64,000 nucleotides of DNA. Origin: Botryllus schlosseri (taxonomy: Eukaryota). The position numbers and the translations under genes are program-made. Positions 37,443-50,611 of the stretch are shown here, piece by piece. The first letter of the stretch is position 1, and each line of letters starts with the position of its first letter. Below the pieces are notes generated by a model, which ran no database searches, was not told the DNA's origin, and saw only the letters and a program-made list of their open reading frames with translations. The stretch is from assembly GCA_051294905.1 (NCBI GenBank), contig CM119376.1, positions 22,382,001-22,446,000 on the forward strand, written 5' to 3'.

Positions 37443-40400
37443 TAGTCCTGTAGAATTTGGTCTAAAAATGGGTCAACCTAGAAAAACGTATTATATACCG
37501 TTGGAAAGATAATTTTACCAGCTTTTCAATGATAGGTTTTGTCGCTTTTTTTACCTTGGGGAAAAAAAGTTATGACCAAAAACGTGCCAAGGGGTAAAAA
37601 TTAAAATTGGGGAAAAATTAACATAAAAATATGAACAAAAGGCTAGAAACTAATGAATTATCAACAGAAAAGCAGGATATAGATGCAAAAAGGAGTAAAT
37701 GAAAACAACAATACAACTATATATCTGTTTCAGGGAGTAAGAGTGAGCAGGACAGAGGAATGTGGGGGGGGGGCGCAAGTAGAGCTATCGTTGTTCGTTA
37801 TAACTTCATTATGTTATTGTTTATTTACTATGGTCCGTCTCATTTACCTTGCTTGTCTTTTAGATAGTGCTTAGTCAAAAAGAAACAGCAATTTGTGTTA
37901 AATGTAGAGAAGGCTATCGGACTGGAGATTCAATGTGTCCCATTGGAGCATATTTCTGCGAGAGTGATAGTACCACACACCCTTTAGACTAGAATTGCAT
38001 TTAAAACAAAAATCTATTAAAAACAAACATGACTAAAAGAAGGACCTAATGTGAAACATGTTTTTTGTTTTTTAAACCATGACGTCACGAATATACAATG
38101 GTGACGTCAGGGATTGAAAATATAGGGTAAATATAACCTCTTTGACGAAATATCTGTACTACAACTGTGGAACCGACTATTTTGAGGGTTCCAACTTCCA
38201 TCCATCCCATAACGATATACGTCGGCTAAATTGGGTGGTAATTGTCCGTGTGCTCATACAACTTGATTTTGGAGAGTATTTACACAATTATGGCATAATT
38301 TTATAACTTGAAAAAATACAATTTTTTTAATACAACAGCGTTTCTTTTAAATGCGACCCTACTTTGGACACTATAATTGGTCATTCATTGAAACTGGATT
38401 GTGAAACGCTGATCGCAACTTTTCAGAAGAATTAAGAAAATGGCCATATTACGTACATCCACAAATCATGCCGTAATTTATTGGGAAACAATGCGAGATC
38501 CAAGAAACGTTTGTGGTGGCTTTATCGAAAAATTGGTATTTCTTCACTTGCAAATAATTTTTATCTGAGAAATGTTATTTGACCTGTGGAGTTCAGATTG
38601 GCACGATAGAATAATTAGACACGAGCCATTTAGGCAGCTATGGACAATTAGCTAGGCTTATATTTATTTCGAAGTTCACGGTCAACATAAGGGCAATCCT
38701 TTTCGGCAAAGGATTTCTCGCAGGCGATCTATTGGCACACTTTTCAGATTACTATATTGGCAAATACTTCGTATGTTTTTGTGCACCTCGGCGTGGTAAT
38801 GGTCGAAGTCGAAATGTCTATTTTTATTTTCTATAAATCATGCTTTTGTTCGTGGGGGAAGGGTACTCAATAATCAAAAATTTGGCTACATGAAATCCCG
38901 TCCAGCGTGAAAGAAATTGAAAAGAGTTGCATAAATTGTCAATAAGAGATGTATAAATAATTTATGTTCATTCACCGACATAATTTCGGGCCCCCTTCGA
39001 GCTCGGGACCCCCAATTGGACGATTTGAGATGCGGCAGTTACGGTCCTGGTAAGAGATCAAAGTTCGGTCGCTGTTTCCTTGTTGAGATTTTACTATTGG
39101 AAATATTTTGCGCTTCAATCGCATATATATATATATATTATTTGCATGTGGTATATTCGGAGTCAAATCAAGGTTGTTATAACAGCCATCGCGATCGGGC
39201 TCATACCATGTGCTTCGAATCAGATGTACACAATCCGAATTCCCATCTGTGATTGGCAATACGGGAAATTAAATGTATTGGGTTTTGTTTTAGTGCTTTG
39301 TGTGACTATAGTAAATCAACTGGGAATGTCATGGACATATCTGCCCACATTGAATTTGGTACTGCACCCAGTTATTCATTTTAACACGAATGTATTCCAA
39401 ACAAAGCTCCGCTCCGCGACGATGTTGACTGCATATGATTTCCTAAATATAGTAGCCTTAACAGCCCCTAAAGCACGGTAACTGGATATCTTTTCGAATA
39501 TTCTACCAATGCATGGGTATTGTGTTATTATAAACATTTTGAGTTAGCCGAGAAGATACATGTTGCGATTTCGTATGTCGCCACCTCCGACTAACTGTCG
39601 AACGTATGCAACCACCCTCCCCCCGACCAAATATGCTTAGATATTTCTGCCACGTGTCTTAGAAATTACTACTTATACTGTTATTTGAGTAGAAAATTTA
39701 GGGCGTTACTTGTGCTACTTGAGTAGCAACACCAATCACTTTTACAATCTCTAGTTCAGTGGCTCTCAACCGTGGGTCTGCGAAGCCTCTAAATTTACGA
39801 AATAGTTGATAACCTAATTTATATTTTAAAAATTAGGAAAATCACGAGGCTGCAGTTTTGCTTCATTGCAGTAGAACTCACATCAACAGGAAGGCCGTTT
39901 GAGATGGAATATCCTGCTGTGTGGACTCATTTTAGTTGCTAAATTGCCAATAGCCCACTGATACAAATATTTCGCTGTATAAACGTGTTTTGTTGGGCAT
40001 TGTGAAAAAATAAATGGTGGGATTAGTAAAGTCGATCACGAAGACTTCGTAATGTTCGCAAAAATCCGTTTTCGCCTGTGATATAGGCCTGCATAACCAT
40101 TTCCCCTAATAACTCCAAGGTGAGCTGCTAGATATAAATTAACAGGCTTGACGTTATATGTTCAATAAAAAAATCGTTTGTCAATTTTGGTGTCATCATT
40201 GTTGCGATCATACCCAAATGTGTCGTCGGAAGCTTTATGCCCTATTATTACATTCGCCGCCACCTTTCTTTGTCTAAATGGATTTTCAGCACTCGTTGAT
40301 ATGAAATTGAAGGCGCAGATTTTAAAGACACGGCCACGTATTTCAAAAAATGCAGTTAAATAATTAGCTTTGAAATGATAAAAGTCAACCCAATTTCTGC

Positions 40401-41449
40401 ATACATAGAATGCTGTTATTTTCAAGAAAAATAATTTTGTTGCTGTTTATCACTAGCCTACAGCTATCATTTGCACATGACAGATGACGATTGTACCATA
40501 ATTGAGCTAAATTGGAACTTAAACTTCATGGGGGGGTCCGCGGGGGTCCGTGACGGTCCAAAAGGGGTCCGCGAATACAAAAAGGTTGAGAACCACTGCT
40601 CAAGTTCATATTAAAATATTACGGCAAATCAGAAACCGCCAAAATGTAAAGCTTTTTGTATATAGAATTGGCGTTTAATATTGCAAATCACAAACAATAA
40701 GCCTCGATACCATTTAAAAACATCTCTGCCTCTGTTCCAATATGGTATTTGGTGTGGGATTACTTGTGTAATTTATGGGTTGAAAAGAGCTTCTGATTGA
40801 ACGATGATAGAGAATCACTGTAGCCAAGTTCACCGAAAACTCACTCATTCTGCATTACAACAACCCATGTTTCATGATAGATGATTCCAATAACAATATT
40901 TGAATTTTTGCTATCGTATGCTAACCGTGATGTCACTAACGAAAGCTGAAATTTGAATAATTTATGAAAATGAGAATAATTGAAACGGAAAAAATCTGAC
41001 GTGATGGAGAAATTATTAGCACAGAATCGGATTCAGCAACCATAAATTAGCCCAAATCAATCATTGAAATTTTTGACCCTAATTTTTGTTCGAAATTTGT
41101 AAACCAGTGCCCTTTTGCCCCCTTAACGTATGATAAATACCTCTTAGATAAAGTTATGTTTCATTGTTTTGCTGTTCGATTGTTAGTTTGGTTTACTGGG
41201 GGTGATATTCCAATTTATGGTGTTGTATTCTGATACGAAGGTATCGTATTTTAGCTTATAATTGTATTTTAATGTTAGGCAAAATAGTGCTTTATCTCCT
41301 GGCACGTTTTTGGTCATAACTTTTTTTCCACAAAGTAAAAAAAGTGACAAAACCCATCATTGAAAAGCTGATAAAATTATCTTTCCAACGGTATATAATA
41401 CGTCTTTATAAGAATTTTTTCTAGGTTGACCGAAAATTCTACAGGACTA
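37443..41449. mobile_element. Non-autonomous Academ-like DNA transposon nested in hAT MITE A
   Basis: Termini 5'-TAG...CTA-3' (TAGTCCTGTAGAATTT / AAATTCTACAGGACTA) with imperfect TIRs of ~150 bp. 3-bp TSD AAC at 37440-37442 and 41450-41452; the empty site is visible in the copy at 334-1234. TAG/CTA ends with a 3-bp TSD are the described Academ hallmarks. No transposase ORF. Confidence 0.78.
39757..40598. mobile_element. hAT-Charlie-like MITE nested in the Academ-like element
   Basis: TIR CAGTGGCTCTCAACC...GGTTGAGAACCACTG. The 8-bp TSD is CTCTAGTT/CTCAAGTT. GGGGTCCGCG subterminal repeats. Confidence 0.85.
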
Positions 41450-41627
41450 AACGTGAACCTCTCAATTCTGAGGTTCACACACAGAACGCGAACATGAACC
41501 TCACGTTCACACCATCCCTAGTAATAGGCCTTATGTCAATACCTTATTATCACGCGGCACCTTTGAGCATATCAATTGACACCCTGTTTGAGAACCCCTG
41601 GTATACATACGGCTTCACTGATGTCGC

Positions 41628-41709
41628 GCTGTGATGGCCGAGTGGTTAAGGCGTTGGACTTGAAATCCAATGGGATATTCCCGCGCAGGTTCGAACCCTG
41701 CTCGCAGCG
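41628..41709 (+). tRNA. tRNA-Ser (anticodon TGA), intronless
   Basis: 82-nt cloverleaf: acceptor GCTGTGA/TCGCAGC, D-loop TGGCCGAGTGGTTAAGG, anticodon stem TTGGA-CT TGA AA-TCCAA (anticodon 41661-41663), long variable arm and T-loop GGTTCGAACCC. A T5 Pol III terminator follows at 41713-41717. Confidence 0.97.
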
Positions 41710-41766
41710 AAGTTTTTATCCGAGTATTTCAATATTATTTTGAAATTGCTTATTGCCATTCGTGTA

Positions 41767-42087
41767 TAATGGTGGCCAACCCCCGGCCCGCGCAGTAATT
41801 TTCGAAATGGAATATATTATCAAAAATGAAGCGACAGCAAATTAATATGAATTTGCAAGCTCAAACACCAATTTGGTTTCACTGACCGCGAAATTTGGGA
41901 TATTGCTATTACATAAATGCCGGCGATTCTTTGGCATCTAGTTAGATAAGAGTATTGCGTACATCGTTGCCTGATCCGGCCCGCTCATATCGGACGAGTA
42001 TAAATGGGCATCAACACTCAAATGGCCCGCGCAACGGTTCAGAAAACAGCATGTGACCTTTTGGCCAAAAAGCTTGCCCCCCCCCAA
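41767..42087. mobile_element. Degenerate Charlie-like MITE remnant
   Basis: Left end TAATGGTGGCCAACCCCCGGCCCGCG, internal GGCCCGC repeats, right end AAAAGCTTGCCCCCCCCC. No clear TSD. Confidence 0.4.
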
Positions 42088-45000
42088 ATATATAAACTAT
42101 ACATGTGAGTTCAGCTTACATGGCTCGAGTTGTCCCTCAATTCAATCCATGCAGGGATTCAAAACACTAACCCCTCAAATTGTATGATTGACTCCGACCT
42201 ATAATTTCGCAAAACCAATCACACCAGACTGTTGCAAAAGGACCTTCTAGCATTGGCATTGGATTCTGTAGCGAATTAAATTACCAATGAAGGATGGTAC
42301 TAAGCTAGCAATGTGAAAAATAACAACACCGTTATAAAGATCAAGATATCCAATACAACAGCAAATAGAGCGAAGCTGAAGAAAAAATTTGACGTTCAAG
42401 AAATTTGCCCCAATTTTTTTTGTGACAATCAGGAATATACTTTCCTGCCAATTGGGATTTGTAGTCTGTTGTACTGCCGCAGTTAAGGTCCTGTCTACAA
42501 GTTCATGCTTTGAAGTCTTCGTTAACACAATTGAACGAATATTTTACTTGTTCTGTCAATTTCCATTTTCGAGTGATCGCATGGTCCCCTTTGAACGCCC
42601 ACGAGGTCCATGGAGCACGTTTGGGAAATCGCTGCTTTATTTAATTAATGTCATAGTCTTCATAGATTGTACTTTCCGCAAGATGACTCTAGGGTATCGT
42701 TACCCAAGTGTCAACCACTGAAAGCACAACCACGAGCGTGGGTGGCGGCCGACAACTGGTATGTGTCGCCAGGTTCTTATGCCCACTGCTCAGCTATGGC
42801 AATCATTAGTAATAGCTCACTTCTCAGTTTCGTATTTCATAGCCGCTCCGCAATGTGGCGCCGTTGTGTACTTGGCAATGTCAAACTTCATTTCGAATTT
42901 CATCATCGGGGCGTTGCCAAGACCAACCCACTTCCTGCGGCGCAGTAATAACGTCATAGCCGTGGTTTGTTGAGCGTTCGGCCATAGTTGCATGCGTAAT
43001 AAGTGTTTATTTTTTCTTCAAATGGTCTGCTTGGATTCGTGGGCAATGTTTCGGTAAATGGAGGCCCTGACGCTTTTATAGTCGATATTTGATTAAAGGA
43101 TTGTGCCGAGTAGCCAGAGCTGAAACGCACGCCCCTTATTAGTGAACATGAATTGAACTTAAATCACACAGTTTCGATTAACAACTTTCCCATTCACCGA
43201 GGGAGCCCGAATTCCAATTCGTCGTACGATTATCTCAGCACTGAAAAACATAGCTCAGTCTACGACAGTCAGTGTTATAACTGGTGCTACAACATAGTTA
43301 TTTTTAGCTACTATGTCCGATATTGTTTTCCCCGTACATGTAAGGATATATCTTTGAACTTCGAGATGTTCCTGGGAACAATAAGGATGAGATGTTCGAA
43401 TACTAAATTTCAGCAGGCATCGAAGCAGTAAAGTCGTCTATTTATCCCAGCTTTGATTATAAATGCTCTGGCATTCCGTCTTTCGTGCCGCATGTCATTC
43501 ACAGAACCAATTAGTCGAGGGTATAAAGAAATGAACGGCTCCCCACATCCGGAAACTCTGATGAGTTACTGGCGATCGATAAGTCCAACATTCAAATTTG
43601 ATGGATATGTCGACGCATAGGGTAGTCCATACGAATTGAGTGGAAGTCAGACTAGGCTACTATTTGTAATGGTGCGTTTCTCTTAAGAGCATAAACGACA
43701 ATCATGCTGAAACCAAGAAAATAAAATCAGCTTGAAACATGATTTTTTGCTATTACCGAAGCCAATCAAGATTATTAGAAAGAGGAAAAATAGAATAAAT
43801 AATTCCACAATTTCTAGGAATGAATAAGGCGGCGCATGTCGCCGTATAGTAAGCCGCTTGCAAAACGCCTTCACGCTGAATTTGATCTCTTAATGATATA
43901 TTTGTGAAACGGACAGCAGGCGTCGTCTTGTCGGTGACGGTTTATTGTCTGCCGACACGCGCTTATGTCAACACACCCACATCCGACGAGTTTCTGCGCG
44001 GCATTAATTACCACCCATGACTTCCCGCATAGGGTCCCAGGTCGTTCGCCAAAGTTTCGTGAGTGTCCCGTCGCAAAACTGTATGACTCTCTCTTCAGCA
44101 GACCGATTACACATATACCTATGCGGCAATACCTCACCATTCATGATATATTCAACTTGACGTTTGTGATATTACAACCGGAAAGTGGATCTACAATTAG
44201 TATCATACCAACCATATCGTGTTCATGTTCACACTCTGTATCGATATCTGCGTGTAGTTGTGACAATTTTTCCGTACGCGTTCTTGTGGTCAGAGACATT
44301 TATGCCCTGCTCGTGACCTCAGAGGCCCACCCATAAATTGCGCGCTCAATTTCACTTCTTTATCACCGTTGACTCTGAGGAATTCTCCACTATACTACAC
44401 CAAACGTCATTCACGCTCGTTCCAATTTCTTGATTGTTTTTTGGCGAAATATAATAACCTATATGGGTAACACTCATTTGACGCTTTTTATAACAACTTG
44501 TTTTTGTTGCACTCTGCCAACCTACCTCCGAGAATGAGTGTAAGTCGTGAATAAGCGACGGTGATTTGATAGAACGATGTCCATCAGACATAAACGATAA
44601 CAAGTGACCGCATCTAGCGATATCATTTATCCACCATCATGCGACTTTCGTGGAAAATCAAGTCGCGTGGGAAATACAGAGTGCACAAGACGCGTGCTGG
44701 AATGAGTGACCGACTGAAAAATCTGGCGCCTGCCGTCAAGTCGTAATTGGATGAGGCGGACGATGAAAATCTTTGATTGACGGTAATCGCTTGCACAAAT
44801 ACAAATATGCCCCCTCGCCTGACATGGTCAACCCGCAGGCGGTAGAAGCTCGTGAACTTTTTCGATTACCTGACGCGATGTACAATGATTTTTGAAGCCT
44901 TGTGGTTAAAAGCAATCTGGAAAATTATATTCAAATATGGTTAAAATTCGCCGTTGCGTGTTTAGACAGAGAACTGAACTAACCAGCTAAAGGCTATATG

Positions 45001-48000
45001 ATCCCCGAAACCTATAGGAACCATCATTACGAAGTTTCAAAAGGTGTAATTCACTGACTGCACAAAACATCTGCTTCATATCCAATTGCTAGAATTCAGA
45101 ACTGTACCACTAACGGCACTGCGTCACATCGTAGAGCTGTTGTGTATTGGATCGGCCATCATTCCTGTGGATTGATTGCCATTGGCCATGGATAGGCTCA
45201 TTATGTACTGGACAAACATCCGTGGTCAACACAAAAAGCATCCTACTTAAGAGTTGCGCGCATATTCTCTAGATTGCTCGTCACTAGTCAGCGTAGGCCG
45301 GTCTTACAAACCCAAACATAATAATCGGGACTGTGACCGGGTTGTATCCCTGCCATAGTATCCAGGAGGAAGTAATTGACGGTTTCCGCCTCCTACACAC
45401 ATTGCCGCTTCGGTCATTGTGGAGTTACGTGACTTAAATTGTATGTTTTTCTGGCGACAGGGGGCAGCGCGAGTACACATAAAATAAATTTTGCAGCAAT
45501 GCTTATCCATCCATCAAGTCATCTTCTATCACTATTGCCTGGGATATGTTTTTGAACCAGAGCAAATTCATGGTATCATTGGATACTTGCATTTGTGCTG
45601 TCCCGAATAAGTCGAGTGCATTCATTTGCGTGTAGAATCATGAACAATTACATTATTGCATTTCAAGTAGGCTGTGTTTACTATATGGGATTGTTTGGTA
45701 TATAGTAAAGTGTCCCGCAATAATAATAACATTGGAGGATATAATGCGTGAAATATTGTAGAAATATGATCGCGAATTGACCTAACTTGCCTTTTCGAAT
45801 TATGTAAAACCACTTAACATCGACTAAGAGCCCTACCCTACAGAGGCTTTAAAATCTTGATTTGGTAAGTAGAGTAACTTTCCTTCGGATATGCACTCTT
45901 GACTAATCTCGCGCTACCGCTTTACCCGACGTAAACACATCATCAAGATTTTGGCACAGGTCGCGCGACAAATGAAGTACGGAGTTCAACGAGTGAAACC
46001 TTGAAAGTGATTTTCCAAGTGGCTACTCTCAAGATTGAACGAGAGTTCCCGTGCGGGGGGAATTTTGGTTTTCAGTCCCCGCGTGCCGAGAGAACCGTAG
46101 AACGTAAAACCGGCATTGCGTTTTCAATTACAACTTATTGCATTAAACTGCGGGCGGGATGTATTGGGTTACATTAGGACCCACATTAGATCCAGCCCGT
46201 TCAGTCCTTATTTCTTCTCAAATTCCTCGATCTGCTATCCTGACAATTTCCAGCATTTATATGGTCGATCCAAATGCATATCGCATGATGCAGAGGTTCA
46301 GATTGTGAACACAAACAGATATAGCTCAGCTTTTTGAACTAGAAGCTCATTTCTCAATTCCCATTCCATAAACTTCATAAAGGATATATGGGTATGGACT
46401 ACGGATGTGTACCGGATTCACATTGTCGTATTGTTTCTCCGTTTAGCTTACGATACTTGATCCGGTATTTCCAACGTTGCGTGTGGCTCCCTGCGTACAG
46501 CTAAGTTCCGAACATACTTGCCTGTGAACTCTACATGTAACCAACTGCGGGATAGTAATCGCATTAAACGGTTCAGACATATTTTGTATAGGCTACAACT
46601 CCACGCGTGCGCATATGCTGAAGAAAATATTTTCCAATAACTTTATTTCGTCATCAAAATCTACTCGTCTGCGATTCTGAAGTGCTCTCTAATTTGTAAT
46701 TGTTTTTAAATTAACCGCGACATATTGACTGCGATGTAAACAGTGGAATTTGCGGGAACGCGTCTATTATAAGGTGATAGATATTTGAATTGTTGACAAA
46801 ATGGTGGATTAATATCTTTTGATGCTCTTAAAGGCGGCGGAATTTCCGATGAAACGCGCCGAACGTGATTTAACGTGAATTAACTTCTGTGAGAGAGTTA
46901 GCCTTTACGAGACGCATGAACTTGGTAGATATAGACGTTGAATTACCGATTTTGTTCATAATTTGCGATGACGACACAGGAATGGGTGGAAGATGTATAG
47001 TGGGGGTGAGAGAACTTATCAGTCTAATGTCCCCTCGGCGAAAGTATACTGCACAAAATGTAACGAAGCACATATAATTATGTGGGAATCGTCCAGACCA
47101 AATCTATTATACCTATTTTGACTATATACGAAGACATCAACTGCCAGAGGGAAAGTTTTACGTGATCGATGCTGTGAGTTGAATAATATCAGTGTTTAAT
47201 GGTGACAGTGTGTATTTGAAACTGATCCCAGTTCGCCAATCCAGTTTGTGTATGATGTATATACAGAGTCCTAACCACCCAAGTCGCTGGGTGAGCTTCT
47301 TTGCGTCGGATGAAGCGACGCCGTTTGATGGATGCGTACGAAGTGGGGTATTAGTCAGGCATTACAGGAGAGGTGATTCGCTAAGAATATATTTTCGGAC
47401 CCGAAAACCTAAATGAATCATCTGGATATGTTTTATCAGGCCCCACAATACAACTATACAACCCGGAACCGAACTTTCGCGCTAATACCTGTGGGAAGGA
47501 ATCCTGTCGAGAAGCATTTTAAACCGAGATTACATTATAAAAATACGATTCACCCGACTAAACCTAGTAGCCTTCTATATAGACAAAACAATATCATTGT
47601 ACCCACGCGGAGATTCCCAAAACATGAAGTCACAGAATGGAAACATACAGAATAAACCTTGGCGGATTAAATTTTCACTTCGCCGGTGAAGATTTATGAT
47701 CGCCTGCCATACGTCGCAGCTGCTTTCAGCTGTTTTGTGATTTGATGAAATTTGCAGAATTGGCTTTTCACAGCTCGTACATAGTTTTACATATCATTTT
47801 TTGGAAAGACAGCCTACGAGCGCCGACTAGTCTAACGATATCTCAATCCCACGGGAAACTCCGCACATTGTTTCTTATTGTGTTTCTTTTTTGTTTCCTA
47901 AAAAGGCCGTCCCACAGATCACTATCATAACTCGACAATCGCGAAGTATCCGTGTCACACACTGTTTTCCACTGTCGTTAACGTACTCCTTATTGTGTTC

Positions 48001-49371
48001 ATCGTTATCTGGTTTGATGTATCGCCCGGTCGAAATATTTTACAAATTATTTATAGATTCTTCACATAACATTCTGTTCAGAAGTTGTCTTTTCGTCGTC
48101 GATTTTTAAGGGGAAAACTTCCAAAGTCAGATTCGTGTGAGCAGGAGTCAAAATAGCTTATAACCGCTCATAAAGTTCCTTTGCGGATGTGATAAAACGA
48201 TTAGCGTTACCGGCCCCATAGATATGTGCAATGTGCATATGTTTACCTACAAAGCTTGAGGCGAGATTTGCACGTAATTCAATACTCTCCGCTACTATTC
48301 AACTTCGAGATGCGAGAGAAGTGAAACGGACTTCTTTTGACGCAAGCTTGCGATTGGATATCTCGGTGTTCACTATGTCAACCAAATATCTAAAGTGGGC
48401 GCAAATAAGCGGGTATTACGCCTGTTACTCTCATGCCAATTAATTAGTCCGATGCCACGGTTACCGTCGATTCGTCTCGTATAATATTAATATGTTTCGA
48501 TCGTCGTTGACAGTCAGTCGGTGTTTTTGCGTAGGTGTGTGAAATCTACCATCAAGAGCAATTAAGACGAATGCAGTCGTGAATTGTGCGTGACTCGCCT
48601 GCTAAATTGCATGCCACTCAGCGCTTTTCTGGAGATTTTATGAAAACAATATATTTTGTTATTGAATAAATTGAGTGAGGTGTGGTTTAAATCGCCTTTA
48701 TGATGTTTGACAGGGTGTATCTCGGAAAATAGCCTATGTAAATTATCCTTTGGATGTGCGATTCCGTAGAACCAGTGTAGTATACTGTATACAATTCTGA
48801 TCGTACACATATATATAATCCATATACAATCACTATCAGTTACACGTTGCGGGCTAAGAATGCCAGCGAAGTCGCCAGTCTGCCTGGCTCGCCATCCATT
48901 AGGTTCGTTTCAATGCCGGTATTATTGTTGTATAATGTTACGCTACCGTATTCCCACGCGCGACCGGGGACGGGTAGCGTCTTCCAATCGGTGCACCCAC
49001 ACTATTTACAAATGTCTGAATACCAACTTCAGAATGCTTTTCTTCGCAACTTGGCCGTATCGGCCACACAAAACTAATCGTATCAAAGGATCGTAAAGGC
49101 ATCGGGGCGACATCATAACAAGTCGTGTCGGTAAGAAGTGTCGAAGTTCGTTGGTCAATGATTTGGGATCCGCACCCAACAGTTCGAGCGTGCGTTTTCT
49201 TCGATGCTATTTCACTGAGTATCTCTACCCTCTGCCATATTAAGGATTACGAAAACAAGCATATATAATCAATAGAATCGCTATTTGTTACGTCATCGCT
49301 GTTTGTTCAGGCTCTTGTGACACACAAGAGTCACAGGTATCAGATGCGAAATTTTGGTTGTTACTTTCAGC

Positions 49372-49943
49372 CAGGGTTGTAACCAAGTCACAAGGTTCTA
49401 AGTCACAAGTCAATCTCACTTTTATAGTTTTGATTCAAGTCGAGTCATTTTCAATTCACCACCGAGTCAAGTCCGAGTCCAAGTCAGCTAATAGAGGGTC
49501 GAGTCCGAGTCATACTGTTTTGACTCGAGTCCGAGTCCAATTCATTATGTTCCACTGTTCAGTTTTCAGTTCAATCCTGTTCAACCCGAATTTTTCAACT
49601 TTGCACGAGTGATATATACCAGCACTAGCTCATATTCATATTATAGTACTTTTCCTCATTTACAACAGTTTCCGGTCATATTAGCCAAGTATCAGGACTA
49701 ATAGACGGAATACCAATAATGTGGTAACTTTATTATTCGAAGTAACAATGACATGCCTGTCTTTGGCCGTCCCATAGTCTCGAGTCATACGAATTGGTTC
49801 GAGTCATGCACAATGACTCGAGTACAAGTTGAGTCAATGCAAAAATTGATTCGAGTCTAGTCGAATCATTTTAAGCATTTGAAAAAATGACTCGAGTCAA
49901 GTCGAGTCACCAAAAGTCGCGACTCGAGTCCATTACAACCCTG
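49372..49943. mobile_element. hAT MITE family B copy 2 (inverted relative to copy 1)
   Basis: TIR CAGGGTTGTAA...TTACAACCCTG. TSD CTTTCAGC/GTTTCAGC. The reverse complement is collinear with 4345-5358 minus the nested insert. Confidence 0.9.
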
Positions 49944-50208
49944 GTTTCAGCATTTGTGACCGGCCAAGCCACCACCACCTGATACACGTAATCGGTGCAT
50001 TAAAAGCCCAGAAGTGGATCGTGCTACCGATCGGCGGCTACAAAATCATAATAAAGAATATCGACACGGTGTAAAGTATCATTGCAGTCGAAAATCACCA
50101 TCAATACCACAAACAACAACTATACCCAAGCTAAGCTTACGACCGCGGTTCATATAGCGCCACAAGTCAGATGATGCGCTTTTCGTCATAGCTTGTGGGG
50201 GTGTATGG

Positions 50209-50611
50209 TAGTGCGGAGCATGGACCGGAGCCGGATTGGATATCCGGCCGGATTTTTACAATTTTGACCGGACCGGATCGGAGCCGGATCAGTACTTTTT
50301 CTGTTACGGTCGGAGCCGGATCACTACTTTTTTGATCCGGCCAGAATCTTTATGGATATGCATAACTTTTATAACTATATAAGTACCAACCAACCACACG
50401 TAAATAACCACAAAGCCAGTGTGAACATAAACGAGGCATATTTATCAATTCACGGAACCTCCGTACTGAGTAGGGCCGGATTTTTTCATTTTTGGCCGGA
50501 ACCGGATTGGAGCCGGATCAGTACTTTTCCTGATGCGGCCGGAGCCGGACTAGAGAATTGAACAACCGGATCGGAGCCGGACCAGAGAATTTGTCGATCC
50601 GCTCCGCACTA
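50209..50611. mobile_element. hAT-like MITE with CCGGA(T/G)C repeats
   Basis: TIR TAGTGCGGAGC...GCTCCGCACTA. Perfect 8-bp TSD GTGTATGG at 50201-50208 and 50612-50619. Confidence 0.92.

Larger units (their letters stand above)
36521..41520. mobile_element. hAT MITE family A copy 2, split by a 4-kb nested insertion
   Basis: Same TIR TAGGGATGGTGTGAAC...GTTCACACCATCCCTA. Perfect TSD GTAATAGG at 36513-36520 and 41521-41528. Segments 36521-37442 and 41450-41520 are collinear with 334-1234. Confidence 0.92.

Noticed and set aside
43871-44603. Cluster of 80-120-aa ORFs upstream of NK4 as a gene
   Set aside because: Several stops in every frame, no coherent splice model and no recognisable domain.
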